Source: the human T2T-CHM13v2.0 reference genome, Homo sapiens. From it: 64,000 nt of DNA. Below are positions 1-14,120 of the stretch, one piece after another. Every line of letters begins with the position of its first letter. Position 1 is the first letter of the stretch. The stretch lies in NCBI RefSeq assembly GCF_009914755.1, contig NC_060932.1, one strand, 5' to 3'. Made by a program: the position numbers and the translations under genes. Under the pieces are notes generated by a model that was given only the letters and a program-made list of their open reading frames with translations, was not told the DNA's origin and did not search any database.

Positions 1-889
1 TAGAATGTTTTATTAGATGACATAAAAAATTACGCAGAAAATTGGAAAAGGTACTTTTCTTTGTTGTTACATGTACATTCTAGTAGGTATGATTAAATCT
101 GAGTGATTTATTATTTTGGTTTATATGCTTTCTACTGTTTGCTTAAACGTTGTTCATCTGTAGTTGTTTTCCTGGCAGATCTATTTCTTTTTTATTAAAG
201 CATGTTCAAATGTTTGTTCTCATTCTGCATCCGCAAATTCAATGTTTAAACTTAGCACCTTCTTAGAATTTGAATTTAGAAGGCTACCTTTCTTTACATC
301 CATGATTTTTATCAGTCTCTATTCTGACCGAGTAAGAAATAGACACATATGGGAGGTTTTCTATTTTAGCAGAAAAATGGTATACTAAATCTTTTAAAAA
401 ATAAAACATCATTTGAAGTCAGTAGAGAGCTACTGCTTCTTTTTATGTGTCTGATCATTTGCTTAGCACTGTTTTAGTTATGTATCTGATTAATTTTGAA
501 TAGCACACATTAATTAAAATTTAATAACACTTCATTTAATTAGGTTAGGTATTCTCAAAAGCACTCCAGAGCTAGATTTCATGATTCATAGGAGCAAAAA
601 TACCCACTTCTTACTCAACATAATGATCCCATGTTTAAAAGGAATATAGTCAGAGCAGCAGGGATGAAGCACATAAAAACTTGCACTACATATTATTTTG
701 TGATATTTTAGTTATAATCCTTTGTTTCTAAATTAACTCATCTTTCATAGTATGAGATACAGCAAAGAGATTGAAAACATTATGTTAGATGCTGGAGGGC
801 AAAACAAAGAATGAAACAGTGTCTGACCTTAAGGATATTAAATCTAAACCAAAGGACTTTTATTATTGTACTTTCAAATTTCTGAATAG

Positions 890-1299
890 ATGATCAGAGG
901 CTGGGTAATTCAGCAACTGCATACAGATTTTTACCATCTTGCTGCCCTGTTATCCTGAGCTTGTTTCCTTCTGCATGATGTCAAGATAGCTGCCTCAATT
1001 CTAATGTCATGTGGCAAGCTCAAGTGGAAAAGGGTAGGAAAAGAGACTAGATGTGTCTCTTTAGCAATGAGAGAATCTTTTCAGGAACCCTTAAACAGAC
1101 TTTTCATCCGTCAGAATTGCCGCATACCACTGTTTCTAAAGCAATAACCAACAGAGGGAATGTGTTTGCCATGATTAGCTTAGTTAAGCACATGGCCCTG
1201 TAAAAACAAGTTTTGACAGAACAAAATTGGGCTTTTGCTAACCAGGATGGAAGAGAGAAGGGATGTATATTCTGTAAGCAACTATCAGTGTCTGCTATA
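890..1299 (-). mobile_element. Old MaLR LTR (MLT1J-like), degraded
   Basis: Recalled MLT1 motifs: caagatagctgcc, gccatgattagcttag, aacaaaattgggcttttgctaaccaggatggaag, terminus caactatcagtgtctgctata. Left boundary approximate. Confidence 0.6.
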
Positions 1300-1650
1300 T
1301 AATTGAAAATTTTTGAAGAGGGAAGTGTCATGATCAATCTGTGCTTTTTTGTCTTGGCAATTAAAATGTACGTTGACCTACTTGGAAAATCACAGTCCTA
1401 GGTTTCACGGAAACTGGCTATTTTATGCTTCTTTTTATTCTCTCTTTCTACCTTTTTTCTTTCTCTTCTTATTATCTTAATTATTATTTCAATTATTAAG
1501 TTTTTATGTCTATCACCAATATTTTCTGTTTTTCCTCTTAAATGCCATTACCTTCTATATTCACCTTAGTCTGTTCACATTATTTCTTTTGTAGACAACG
1601 AAAATAGCCATAAAACATGTCTACCTTAATTTACTATTATGCCTCTATGG

Positions 1651-1811
1651 TAGGACTGGCTACATCATTTGTAGGGTCTACTGTAAAAATAAGATGTGGG
1701 GCTTCTGTTAAAGACGTATTAAGAACTTCAGCGTGGCAACAGTAGAGTATCAAATTCAAGCATGGGACCCTGTGGGACTGCACAAGCTGCATGCCTGTGA
1801 GGCTGGGCCCT
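1651..1811. mobile_element. MER91A-like hAT-Tip100 relic
   Basis: taggactggctacatcatttgtaggg...gggaccctgtgggactgcacaagctgcatgcctgtgaggctgggccctg resembles MER91A, with degenerate terminal inverted repeats. Confidence 0.7.
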
Positions 1812-1829
1812 GCTTTCCAACTTGTCCTC

Positions 1830-2285
1830 CACCCAGTGCCCTCAAATATCTTTTCTGTTGCTCTCAGAATGAGGATCTACATCTTTAATATGAACTAAAT
1901 GTTATCAGCTTAATTATCTTATCTGCATCTACAACATACCAGCCCCTGTTCTTACTTCTGTGCTCTAGCCATGGTAATCTTTCACTGACTCTCTTTTATC
2001 ATCATACCACTAGACATTTGCAAATTCTGTTTCTCTCACAACATTCATTACATCCTCTTTCAACCTTCACTGACTTCATAAATTTGGCAAATTATCGTGT
2101 GATGTTTTTTGTAGCCATTGTAATATAAATTACAATATTTTTGCTCACTAATTTTCTTTTTCCTTCTTGTTATTGGCCATTTACTCAGGAAGTTCAAATT
2201 TATTTATTTATACATTAAAACCTTACTGCCTAGTACAGGGCCAGGCCTGTACAAGAGTCTCAAAAATACTCATCAATTGAATGGC
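1830..2285 (+). mobile_element. L2 LINE 3' fragment
   Basis: Ends gcctagtacagggccaggcctgtacaagagtctcaaaaatactcatcaattgaatg, a typical L2 3' terminus. Confidence 0.55.
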
Positions 2286-3911
2286 AGTATAGGAGTGATA
2301 AAAGAGTTGAGAGTAGGACAAATGTAGTTTTTGTCATCATAATGTTTACAATATAGGAAAACTAGCAGGTAATTCTATGAAGCATGTCCATTAGTTTCAA
2401 TATCTGTAAAATATTTGAAATTAAATCAATGAAAGATTATTTATTAATATTTTCCTCCTCATAAAAGTCTTACAGGCTTTATTTGTGGAGAATAGAATGG
2501 CCTGCCAACACATGCTGTGTTTGACATGGATAACACTGCTTTGCCTAGGAATGGACATTAACAGAGTTACGTGAATTTAAGTATTTAACATACTTTTTTC
2601 ATTGATACTCAACGAAGAGCTATTTTCCTAAATAAATTTGAAATATACATATGGCTTACCCATGTGACTGATTATCAGCCAACTATACATTGGCATCAGG
2701 AACTGGAATGAACTTGGTGGGTGTCTTGAAGAAGGTTCATCTCCCTTCAATAGTCATAGAATAAATAGCTTGGTTACATTTATACTTAAAACAACAGAAT
2801 TATTGTACTTATTCATAATGCTAAGTGTTTTAAGTGGTCTAGAAAGCATTTATTAATGTTATGTTCTGTCTTCTTAGTGACTATAGATGGTAAAATTTTT
2901 CAAAGAAAAGTTTCACTCTTCTAAAGGGTCCTTGGATTTTGTCCTTGGTTTGAAAGTAGTTTTAATAGATCTATTTAAAACAACCTAAAGTGCATGTATT
3001 TTGTGAATAGATGACCAATTTCATAACCTTCTCTCCTATCAAAAAGAAGACTAGTTGTTCTTTTTCATTGATGTGATATTCAGACAGAGGAAGGCTTCTT
3101 TAAGTTCTTGTTAAAGTTATTGCAGATACCAGATGATACGCTCAAAGAACTTTGCTTGTTGTCTTTTTAACTTTCCACTTCTTTAATCATAGCTAGGTGA
3201 CAAGTCTTTAAAAAGTCTTAATATTTGCTAAGTGTAAGTAAAGCTTTCATTAATGATTCTTGAGTTATTGGTGCACAGAAGAGGCTTAGAAAAGGTGAAG
3301 CAATTTGAGGTGAAGAAAGCAATACTTTTTCTCTCCATCATTCCATCACTTAAATATATTAGAATATGTTTCTGTTACCCTTCCAAGGAAGATGTATCTT
3401 CTGAACTGTAGTCATAATTTTTTTTCAAAAAATATAAATTCTTTAAGGTAATTTGTAAGACAGAATTCAAATATGTAACTAGTTCTGTTTTCTTCTATAG
3501 CTTATATTTATGTATAAAACTCTTGCATTACACTTAAAATACATAAATGGTGTCAGTGTGTATAAATTCCTAAATAAAATATTTATTGTAAAATATAAGC
3601 TGGGTAAATGCTTTCTCCACGTTTGAATTCCAGTCTCTATAGTTGGAATTCTAATTTTCTGCCATAGTAGTAATTTTACAGTAAAGCACACATATCTATC
3701 AAAGTCAGAATAGTTGATGTCAGATTCAGATTTACCATATTTTGCTTAGGCTTTTCATGAAGCATATAATAACAACCATTGTTCTGTGTTGTCTGCGCTA
3801 GAGTCATATGAAATATAAGTGAGTACATGATGAGGGTTCTAAGCTTGACATTTCCATTATGCATTCATCTTCCTATTCCCCTTCTACCTTCTCTTGCTCT
3901 CTTTCTCTCAC

Positions 3912-4012
3912 CATATATATATATGTATATCTTTCTCACTATATATCTATACACATATATACACTTGTGCATATATGTGTGTATGTGTATATACATGCAC
4001 ATACACACACTT
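3912..4012. repeat. Degenerate (TA)/(CA)/(TG) low-complexity tract
   Basis: catatatatatatgtatat...gtgtgtatgtgtatatacatgcacatacacacac. Confidence 0.8.
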
Positions 4013-4764
4013 ATGTCTCATTCTCTATTTTTATTAAAAAATTCATTGTAATAAAGCTGTACTCTATAGTTATAGATTTATATAAAAGTATGTCTTATAT
4101 GTTGGCTACATAACACAATTAAATGCAAATACCAAAGATACAGAATTTAAATGTTAGTTGTTGGCTTTTGAAGCTAAAATGAAATTATTTATTCATTCAT
4201 GAAGCAAATGGTTACTTAATATCTGTTATGTATTAGAGTACAATAAATGACCTTCTTCCTATTTCTAGGCCTCTATTCCCCCAATGCCTTTTTGGGGTAC
4301 TTTATTAATTTTTCTGGTTCATGCAAATAAAGTAGAGTTAGAGAACTAAAAACTAAAATATAGTTTTAGATTCTTCATGAATCCAGCCAAGATAGATTAT
4401 CAGATTTTTTTTTCTCTTTCTACAGTGCCTCTGAGGCTAACTTAGGACCATCTAGGCATAAAAGAAAAGCTGATTTCCTGTCATGAAAGTAATTCCTACT
4501 TGGACTTAATGACTTACCATAGCACCATTCTTCAACCTTTTCATTTTTTGGCATATTGCAAAATATCTAAATTTTCTAGGGAAATGTCAGGGGTTAGGGG
4601 AGACTTCTATTTGTATGGTAGTGAAAAGCTTTTTCTTAGTATCGTAATAGAAAGAAGAAGAGACTAGATGGAAACGGAAGTGAATAGAAGAAAAGCAGTT
4701 TAAAAGACAGGAATGGTAAATTAGATATGTGTATTTTACCACCATTATAAAACAAAATGCACGA

Positions 4765-5831
4765 GTGGGACTTACAGTCTTTGCTTCAACATGTGAAGAA
4801 GTTGGAAGTCATAATTCCTGACTTTACCATAACAAAAAGCTGAATAAACTGAAAATCAATGACATTTTTTAGGCACATAAGAGAAATGATATCTTGGGGC
4901 AGACTGCCATGCTGAAATCTAGAGAGATGGGCTAATCCAGAGAGCCACATCAAAGATCTGCTTACTTGAAGCAGAAGCCACTGGAGCCATACCTGGTAGA
5001 GACACAAGGTAATTTTAATAAGTTGCTAGAGCCTATGGAATAACACAAAAGTGAGAAACTTATTGGGGCTACATTGTTGGTGGGGAGGTCATTGTATTTG
5101 TATAGGTTTTACATCCTGTGGAACTGAGAAATATTCTCTCATAGATATGGAAGGGGGATTTCCCCCACGACAGCCCACTCTATCTTTTCTTTGTCACCTA
5201 AGCTGGGAGAAGGGAGAAGCTAAGAAAAACTTGGGACATAACCAGGGACACAGAGCCACGAAAAGACTGAGATTTAACCATAAGGTAGTAGAATCTTTCC
5301 CATTCTCCACACCTTACCACACATCAACAAAGCTCTAGTATAATAATAAATTACAGCTGAAAGAGCTTTAAGACAGACTTAAAGTAAAGAAATGGTGACA
5401 AATATGCCATGGTCAAAAGAAAGCTGAAGTATCTATTATGATTTTAGAGAAAACAGACATAAGAACAAGGAAAATTATCAGAAATAGGAGAGACACTGCT
5501 TAATAATAAAGGGATCAATTCTCCAAGAAGACCCAAAAACCCTAAACATGCATGTACCTAACAACAGATATCAAAATATGTGACAAAAAACCTGATAGAA
5601 CTGAAAGGAGAAACAGACAAAATCACTATTATAATTCGAGTCTTTAATACTCCTCCCTCAGTAACTGATACATAAAGCAGACAAAAACTCATTAGCAATA
5701 TAATTGACCCAAATAGCAGTATAAATCAACTTCATCTAACTGATCTTTATAGAATATAAAACAGCAGAGTACACATTATTCTCAAGCTCACATGAAGTAT
5801 CCACCAAAGTAGATCATATTCTGTGCCCATA
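4765..5831 (+). mobile_element. Ancient L1 (L1MC/L1MD-like): 5' region joined to the ORF2 endonuclease region
   Basis: 5375-5831 encodes degraded EN motifs (KGSILQEDPKTLNMHVPNNR vs consensus KGSIHQEDITILNVYAPN; KVDHIL vs KIDHIL). 4765-5372 resembles an L1M 5' end (aaaagctgaataaactgaaaatcaa; ttacagctgaaaga). Confidence 0.75.
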
Positions 5832-5956
5832 ACAGACCAGAACAGAATGTAGAAAGGGAAAGTGATAGAGGAGAAGATTTATCTCAAAATAATTTTGGCA
5901 GAAAAAAATTATAGGTAGGAGGAACAAAGAATAAAGCTAGGAAAACAGTAAAAGTA

Positions 5957-6165
5957 AATAATAGCTACCACCTCTTACTGAGCTTTTACTGTATATAGGT
6001 GGGTTCTGTTCCCAGCACATTATATACATGACTTGATTTAATCATCTTCCACTTTCATCTGGGCTTTTGTCATCATTTGCAGATGAGGAAACTGAGACTC
6101 GAAGAATATGAGCAATTTGTAAGTGACAGAGCCGAGATTTAAAGCCAGAGACCTAACCTTAACCA
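5957..6165 (-). mobile_element. MIR SINE
   Basis: aataatagctacc...catttgcagatgaggaaactgagactc...gtgacagagccgagatttaaagccag (MIR core). Confidence 0.85.
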
Positions 6166-6659
6166 AGACTTGACTTTGTTGACTCTTTAAATATGGAGTC
6201 AAGGTACCTTTTGTGAAGCTGGGTTGGATGGCTTAAATCTAAAACTGATTCATTCATGAGTAAGAGTTTTAGAGAGTGACCAGTGCCTGGTAGAGTATTT
6301 GCATTTTTCTCAGGTCCTATTTCTCATCAGTCTCAAGCTTCCCTACTTCCGGCCAGCTATTCTTGGCTCTCATATTCCTACCAGTAAATCTTGTTTTCCT
6401 CTGCAGGTCAAGTTATTGCTGCTAGGATACTTTCATCAAATATCCCACGTTGATCACTTCATATTATTTAAAATATGTATGTGAAAAGACTATTGGTGAC
6501 TTTGCAAATAGAAGTCACAAGTATATATTATTCTTGGGTAATGGGATGAAGATTGAGATACAAGTAAGATAAAGAAGATTGTTAAAATCAGACAGCATCT
6601 TTTTCTCTCCTAAATTGTGAAATAATATTTTTCACAGAAAATATATATTGTGGTACATT

Positions 6660-6758
6660 CATGCTTCATAAGGGCAAGGACTATAACTTATTCAGCTTCG
6701 TTTCCTCCAGCTTGGGTCTTCATAAATAGAAGTTGTTTTAATAAATGTTAAATGAATT
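6660..6758 (+). mobile_element. L2 3' terminal fragment
   Basis: gcttcataagggcaaggact...aataaatgttaaatgaat. Confidence 0.55.
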
Positions 6759-9401
6759 GTAATCCTTAATAATTATTTTAAATAGTAAAACATGCCTCAA
6801 GTTTTAGGAAAAGCTCATAAATATATTGCATATAAAATTAAGTATATTTTATACAAAGGAATGAAGTATGCTGTACATAGAGAACATAAATAATATAACT
6901 CTAATGTATCATAAATTTGGTCTAAAGCTAACAAGCTAGCTATAAAAAGCATTTCCAATTTCTTGTGCCTTTAAATTTAAAAGAGCTTGTTAGAAGGGTT
7001 AGGATGAACTAAGTTTCTATAAAAGGCTGACCTTGGAACTTTGAATTATACTTTCCTTTGATCTCAGTATATGTCCCTTAACAAACAAAAAATCATTTCA
7101 TTTCTTGGTCTAGAGCTGAGCTCTTCAGAATAAACAGTCTAGTTTATTCTGTGCATTTCAATGCACAGTGTTAAACTGGTAAACCAGCACATCAGTAGGT
7201 AAAGGCACTTGAAATGTTCTTCTAGATTAAATATCTTCAGATAAACCAAATGAAGAAAATTATGGATATCCTATATGACCACACATATTAAATTCCAGGG
7301 TGTTACTATGAAAGCAACTTTTTCTTGGATTCTGATTTCCATCCTTCATGATCAAACAAGTATTTTGTCAGTTAAAAATTTAAATATGCCATCTTACAAT
7401 GGATGAGTGCTACAATATGACTCAGTGCAGAAATTGTTCTTTAATCACAGGGTTGAAATACTAGCATGTGTTAAAATATATTGGAACGTCACTACAGCAG
7501 TTATATAATTATCCTTTAAATGTTTTCTTTTTGAGTCTCTTGTATTATTATAGTTGGATCATGTAATATAGTTATTAGTGTATGTGAAACAATAGAACTG
7601 TGCTGTACTAAATTTTAAAGTATGCACGTGTGTGTTTGTGATAGTGTGTGGGCTGTGAATAATATTTTGTCTAAGATACAAGTATTCTAATGTATCTTAG
7701 AAGGTCTCTTTATTTTCACTAATTGGTTTCAGAACGTGTGGTTTGAGCTATTCAACTAAATAGACTGGTTATTTGACTTTGAGTATCTTGATTGTTTTCC
7801 TGTTGTATCAACCAACTGTTTTGATTCCACATACAGTTAATTTCTTTTTTTTCCTTCCTTCCTTCCTTCATCTTTATGACTGAGGATAACATTACTCACT
7901 GTCTTTACTTCAAACAAAATGAACTTTGAGTGGTTGTATAGCTTAGAGTCATTTACTAGTGACCTTTTTAAATCATTCCATGCTTCAGTTTCCTCATTTA
8001 GAACCAACCTCGTGGAGTTCTTTTGAAGAATGCATTAAACATATTAAAGTTCTCAATATATTGAGAACCCATTCAAAGGAGTTTCATTACGAGGAATATA
8101 TTCCTTTAGGAATCTTTCAGTTCCCTGTTTATATTTTTTCAGTAAATAGTTGTGTTTTTTTTTGTAAACTTTTCCAGGTTTTATTTTTTTAAAAAATTAA
8201 TTTCTGGTTGCGGAGTGATGCTTTTGTTTTACATTATTTAATAGTACTATTATGGAATTATTACTGCTTCCCAAAATCCTGCTCCCTTCCCACTCCCACA
8301 GATTAGTGAAGGTAAACTTTTGGAAGATTTATCACTTGACGAATCAGGTTTCAGCTACTGTACCTCCTAGCTGGATTATGAAGGTATTAAATTCATAATT
8401 CTGTTACTAATGCTTCCCTCCTTCATAACCATAATAATGTGCTTTCATCAGGAAGCATCTTAAAATATATCATGTAAAGGCCCTTGTTACTCTATACCTC
8501 CCACACTGTCACTTCCTTGGTACCCTTAATTCTTTGAAGCTTGAATCATACTGTGTATATATACTTCATCCATGTCCAGCCTTTTAATAATCTTTCTCAT
8601 TGTGGCATAAAGATTGTTGTACTAGTAGAAAAGAAGTTCCATTTCCCTTAAAGTTTCCTATGTCCACAATTCTATGAAACTTTTCAGTGGAGGTCACCAA
8701 GTCCACTTTTACAGATTTTCTGTTATGGGGAGAGGGCACCTCACAACTTGCTCTCAGATACTGTATTCAAAATTTCATTATCGTCAGGAAATATATCTCC
8801 TTTAAATCACCAAACCGTTCAGTTGCAGTTGTTCTCAATAGCCTAGTCAATTTCATTCACTGAATTATAGATTTCCCTGATTCTTAATAAATTTACTAAT
8901 TATACTTTCCTCCTAACACCCTCTGCTATGACTGTAAAATCACTATTTATAACTGATAAAATTTGCCAAACTCAGTTTCCTGATGTACTCAACGCCTCTG
9001 GATTTTGACATTTCTTCATTTTAGCCACCCAGTGGCAATGCCAATTCTTCAAAAGTGTCAACTCTCAGAAATTCTCCACCTCTGATTTGACAGTCTCAAA
9101 GATAGACAAGGACTGCCTCTCCACTTTTTTGACAAGTGACAAACACTGAACTGACAACTGATAAATTTGTACCTGAATCTGGTCCTCCTGTATATTCTTT
9201 ATTTGTCCACTTCTGTTGCTAGGTTAGAGATGAAGATAATTTGTTTCCACGCTGCCCAGTTAGTATCTGAGATGGCCTGACTCTTAGCATTCAAAAGTAT
9301 CACTTTGCTAACACCATTCTACGTGGCTAGCAGATAACTTTTGGTCTGTGTCTCTTGTGGAAAATCCACAGAACAAGAATAGTTGTGTCACTTATTTATT
9401 A

Positions 9402-9713
<312 letters not shown>

Positions 9714-10269
9714 CTACTAGATTTATTCACTATTAACAATAAAATATACATATATGAGTATGCACATTATAGTGTCATATGTAATGTGTATGAATTACAA
9801 TGCCAAAAATTTAATGAACATTCCACTTATTTATTCCTCTAATCCTTATACTGTTTTAGATAATATGTCTCTTATGGTCCATTTTAAGCTGTTTCAGATT
9901 CCAGCCTTTGTTGATTGCTTCTTTGCTAATGACCACTTACTGTCCCAATTGAACTGTTCACTGCTTCTCTAGGAGATAAAATTAGAGTATTTTCTCTTTG
10001 CATTTAGCTAACAGCTTAACTTTCCTGAATTGAAGTAATCCCTACAATGGGTAGACAGTTGAAATATTATTCGCTTAGTTGATGCCTCAAACATGTTAGC
10101 TATTTTTCTTTTAAAATAATATCATAACGAAAAGGAATATTTTTAAATAACATTATACCAGCCCAATAAATACATACGTTTATATTTCTGCAGCAACATG
10201 TTTCAAGATCAAAACATAAACATTAAATATATTTATGAATTACTACATTAAGTATATTTTTATATAACT

Positions 10270-10550
10270 AAGGTAAAATGCAATTATATGTGACAGATAT
10301 CAAAATTAAAATGGTTTAAAAAGACAACTTATTTTCCCATATAAAAATCCATGTCTTTTTAAGGGTAATACTCAGAATTTTCATGTAGTATTTGTGTCTC
10401 AATCTCATGGGACAAAACTTATCAGCAAATCAGATTTTAAATGTAGACTTTATTCTAGGCATCCATGTACTTGTCTTGAAATAGGAAGTTCTATGAGGAA
10501 GGACTAAAGTGTTAATGGAGAATGGGGGGCAACTAGCTGTCTCTGCCTCT
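10270..10550 (-). mobile_element. Old MaLR LTR (MLT1-like), degraded
   Basis: tgtagactttattctaggcatccatgtac...gggcaactagctgtctctgcc resembles the MLT1 terminus. Confidence 0.45.
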
Positions 10551-10589
10551 GATATTCATGAGATTTCTGTGGTCCTATTCCAAAAACAC

Positions 10590-11030
10590 TTGGTTGACAT
10601 GCTACCACATGTTTGATCCAGAGGATATAAAAATTAATGAAATATGGCCTTTACCTGGAAGATTATAAGCAATTTATTGTGAAAGGGGGTGGTAGAGCCT
10701 AGGAATGTAGTGCAGTGAAAACTCAGGAATGGAAATGATTAACTCAGTTTGGGGTGGGGAGGGGAAACAAAGCATTTCAGAGAAGATCAGGCACTTGTAA
10801 ATGATTTTGAGTTTAATTAGGAATTTTTCAGGTGAAGTATAGGGTAAGATATTCTAGGTGGTCTGATACACAAGAAAACAAGCTCTATTATGGAATGGCA
10901 CAATCTAGAGAACAGGCACAATTCCACAGTGGCAGCCTGTGGAGTCTGCAGAGGGAATGTGGGAGGAGATAGGTCTATAGAGGCAGCTTGTGGTGTGATG
11001 TAAAGGGCCATGTATGTTTGAATTTCAACG
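10590..11030 (-). mobile_element. L2 fragment
   Basis: Purine-rich antisense L2 pattern (ggatataaaaattaatgaaatatggcctttacc; gcatttcagagaaga; gtaaagggccatgtatg). Confidence 0.5.
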
Positions 11031-11037
11031 TATGGAC

Positions 11038-11268
11038 CAGCGTCTTGCAACCTAGGGTCCATAGGCCATATCTGGCCTGCTACCTCTTTTTGGAAATAGT
11101 TTTGTTGGAACACAATCACATCCAGTTGTTTACCTTATGTATCTATGGCTGCGTTCCTGCTGCAATGGCAGACTTGAGTGGTTGTGACGGAGGTGGTATG
11201 ACCCACAAAGCCCAAAATCCTTTCTATCTGGCCCTTCACAGAAAAAAAAAAAAATTGCCATTCCCCTC
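11038..11268 (+). mobile_element. MER58A (hAT-Charlie) relic
   Basis: ggccatatctggcctgc...gttttgttggaacacaatcac...tctatggctgcgttcctgctgcaatggcagacttgagt...ctatctggcccttcacagaaaaa. Confidence 0.9.
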
Positions 11269-12155
11269 ATCTGTCTCATCAATTGTTCTTGGAAGCTTTA
11301 AAGCAGTAGGAATTCATTAATGGGAGTTCTTTTAAAAAAGTGTGGAGTAACAGCTCATTTATTTTGAAGATCTTCATAGTTTTTTCTGTTTTGCTCTTTT
11401 TTAAATCTTTAATATAGACTATGCTTAGAAATTAGAATGCAAAAGAATCAGAAGAATATACACTATAAATAGTTTATTTACCACCAGTATAGAAAGCTAA
11501 CTAAAAAATGATTAAAGAATTTGCCAAAAAGGTATTAAAGAATTTGCTTAAGGAGGGAAAGGAGGACCACACTTTCACAGTGAAAGCATGGATGGGCTTT
11601 GCCTGCTATTTTAATTAGTTTTTGAGGCTGTCTTTCATAGTCTTTCACTTAGAACTTATTACGGTAACATTAATTATTGGGAATTATATTGGCTGTATTC
11701 ATTGTCATGTCAACACAATAGGAAGTGCTACAGTACACAAGTCTGGGCCATGACAACTACTGAACAACTGCAGAGAACATCTGGGTTAGCTCACCGTTTC
11801 TAGACCCAGAAATTTGTCAGTTTTAAGAATGACTTCTTTTCACAGCCAAGTCTTCCTAGGTTGTCTTAAACTTGAAGCCTTTTAAGTGCTCTTCATGAAG
11901 TTGTCATACAGTATGAATACACAATAAGCGTCATTCATTAACTCTACATTAATCTGACAGACATTGTACTTCACATAATTACTGCCTGCTGCATTACCTT
12001 TGTCCTTTGTAAGCTTTAATTTCACATGTCAACAGCAATCACTTTAGAGTGTTATATTTGTAGATACAGAAAAAGGCTTGCCATGGCAAATATGTACTTG
12101 AAAGGTAAGCCATAAACTCTTGCACTTTTGTTTGCCTCCCAGCTTATTATAGAGT

Positions 12156-13173
12156 TTTAATTTAATTTTATTTTTTATAATTTCAACTTTTAGACTTGGG
12201 GGTACATGTGCTGGTTTATTACATGAGTATATTGCAGGATGCTAAGGTTTGGGATACAAAAGATCCTGTCACCCAGTGAGCATAGTACCCAACAGTTAGT
12301 CAACCTTTGTCCACCTCTCTCCCTCCCCACTCTGGGAGTCCCCAGTGTCTATCATTATCAACTTTATGTCCATGAATGCCCAGTGTTTAGGTCCTACTTA
12401 CAAGTGAGAACATGGAGTATTTGGTTTTCTGTTCCTGCATTGATTCGATTAGGATGATGGCCTCTAGCTGCATCTATGTTGCTGCAAAGGACGTGATTTC
12501 ATTCGTTTTAAGGTTACATTGTATTCCACGGTGTATGTGTACCACATTTTATTTATCCAGTCTACCGGTGATGGACACCTAGGTTGATTCCATGCCTTTG
12601 TTACTGGGAATAGAGCTGTGATGAAGATACGAGTGCATTTATCTTTTTGGTGGAATGATTTATTTTTTGGGGATATATACTCAGTAATGGGATTGTTGGG
12701 TCAAATGGGAGTTCTGTTTTAAGTTCTTTGAGAAATCTCCAAACAGCTTTCCACAGTAGCTGACCTAATTTACATTCCCACCAACAGTATGTAAGCATTT
12801 CTTTTTCTCCACAGCCTCGCCAGCATCTGTTGTTTTTAACTTTTTAATAATAGCCATTCTGACTGTTGTGAGATGGTATCTCATTGTGGTTTTGATTAGC
12901 ATTTCTCTGATGATTAGTGATGTAGAATATTTTGTCATGTTTATTGGCCACTTGTATGTCTTCTTTAGAGAAATATCTGTTCATGCTCTTTGCCCACTTT
13001 TTATGGGATTATGTGTTTTGTGCTTTTTGAACTGTTTAAATTTTTTATACATTCTGGTTATTAGACCTTTGTTAGATGCATAGTTTGCAAATATTTTCTC
13101 CCATTCTGTAGGTTGTCTGTTTGCTCTATTGATAGTTTCTTTTGCTGTGCAAAAGCTCCTTAGTTTAATTAGG
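12156..13173 (-). mobile_element. 5'-truncated primate L1 (L1PA15-17/L1PB-like): 3' UTR plus ORF2 end
   Basis: ORF 12601-12798 (WWECKLGQLLWKAVWRFLKELKTELPFDPTIPLL) is the L1 ORF2 C-terminus. TSD tattatagagt (12145-12155) / tattatagggt (13174-13184). Confidence 0.95.
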
Positions 13174-13499
13174 TATTATAGGGTCCTGCAAGCTTGAGTT
13201 TTACTTGTATAATTTTTCCTGTTATATTGTTGTAAATAAGACTATTTGCTATTTTATTAATGAAATATAAAGCACTGTGATCTGTTATTAAATAAGCAGA
13301 TTCTATTAGAACTTCTATATTTTTCACAATAATTTCCTATCAATTCCTTAGGTTTTAAATGACAGCCATACTATAGAACTATTTATTTTGCATATTGAAG
13401 ATGTAAGCTAATTTGATGCCTTCAGATGCAGGCCTGAGTCTGTTTTCAGTGGAACTCTGTTTTATTAAAAATCATATTGAATAAATCCCTTCAAGACTT

Positions 13500-14120
13500 A
13501 CTTTAAAAGCACTACCTTATAGTTAAAACATGAAAGACAAACTGGAAAATCAGAAAAGGGGATATTATTATGAATATGTAAAGAATTCATAAATATATTA
13601 AATAAAAATGTGTATCTCAATTGAAATTAAACAAAAACGTGGACATTCAATCCACAATGTAGATATAAGTAGCTAATAAATATGTGTAGAGATGCATAAC
13701 TTCTCTGGAATAAAAGAAATACAAATTAAAAGCACAGTGTCGTATTTATATTTTTACTTACTTGATTGTAAAGGTGAGTGAAACATATTAGCTACAGTAG
13801 TAGCTAGGGCACATAAAAACATAAACACTCTACTGTTTATAAGAGCATAATTCTTAGTCTTTCTGAAGGAGTGTTTGACAATATATACTACATCTTAAAT
13901 GTTATACTATTTACAAACTTATTTTAGTAATTTTGCAGGAATTTATGCTAAGGAAATGGTAGATCAAGGGCATAAAGATTCATGCATAAATTTGCTCATC
14001 ATAGCATTGTTGATACTGTGAATACTAGAAACAACCAAAGTTATTATCTGCTGGGAGGTGGCAAAATGCTGTAGGATACACTCATAAAATGGATATTATT
14101 CAGCTACTATAAATGACAAA
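13500..14120 (+). mobile_element. Ancient L1ME-like ORF2 3' fragment
   Basis: gctaataaatatgtgtagagatgcataacttc...aaagaaatacaaattaaaagcaca...catcatagcattgttgatac...tggatattattcagctac. Confidence 0.7.

Noticed and set aside
3827-4113. Tyr/Ile/His-rich ORFs
   Set aside because: Produced by the TA/CA low-complexity tract.
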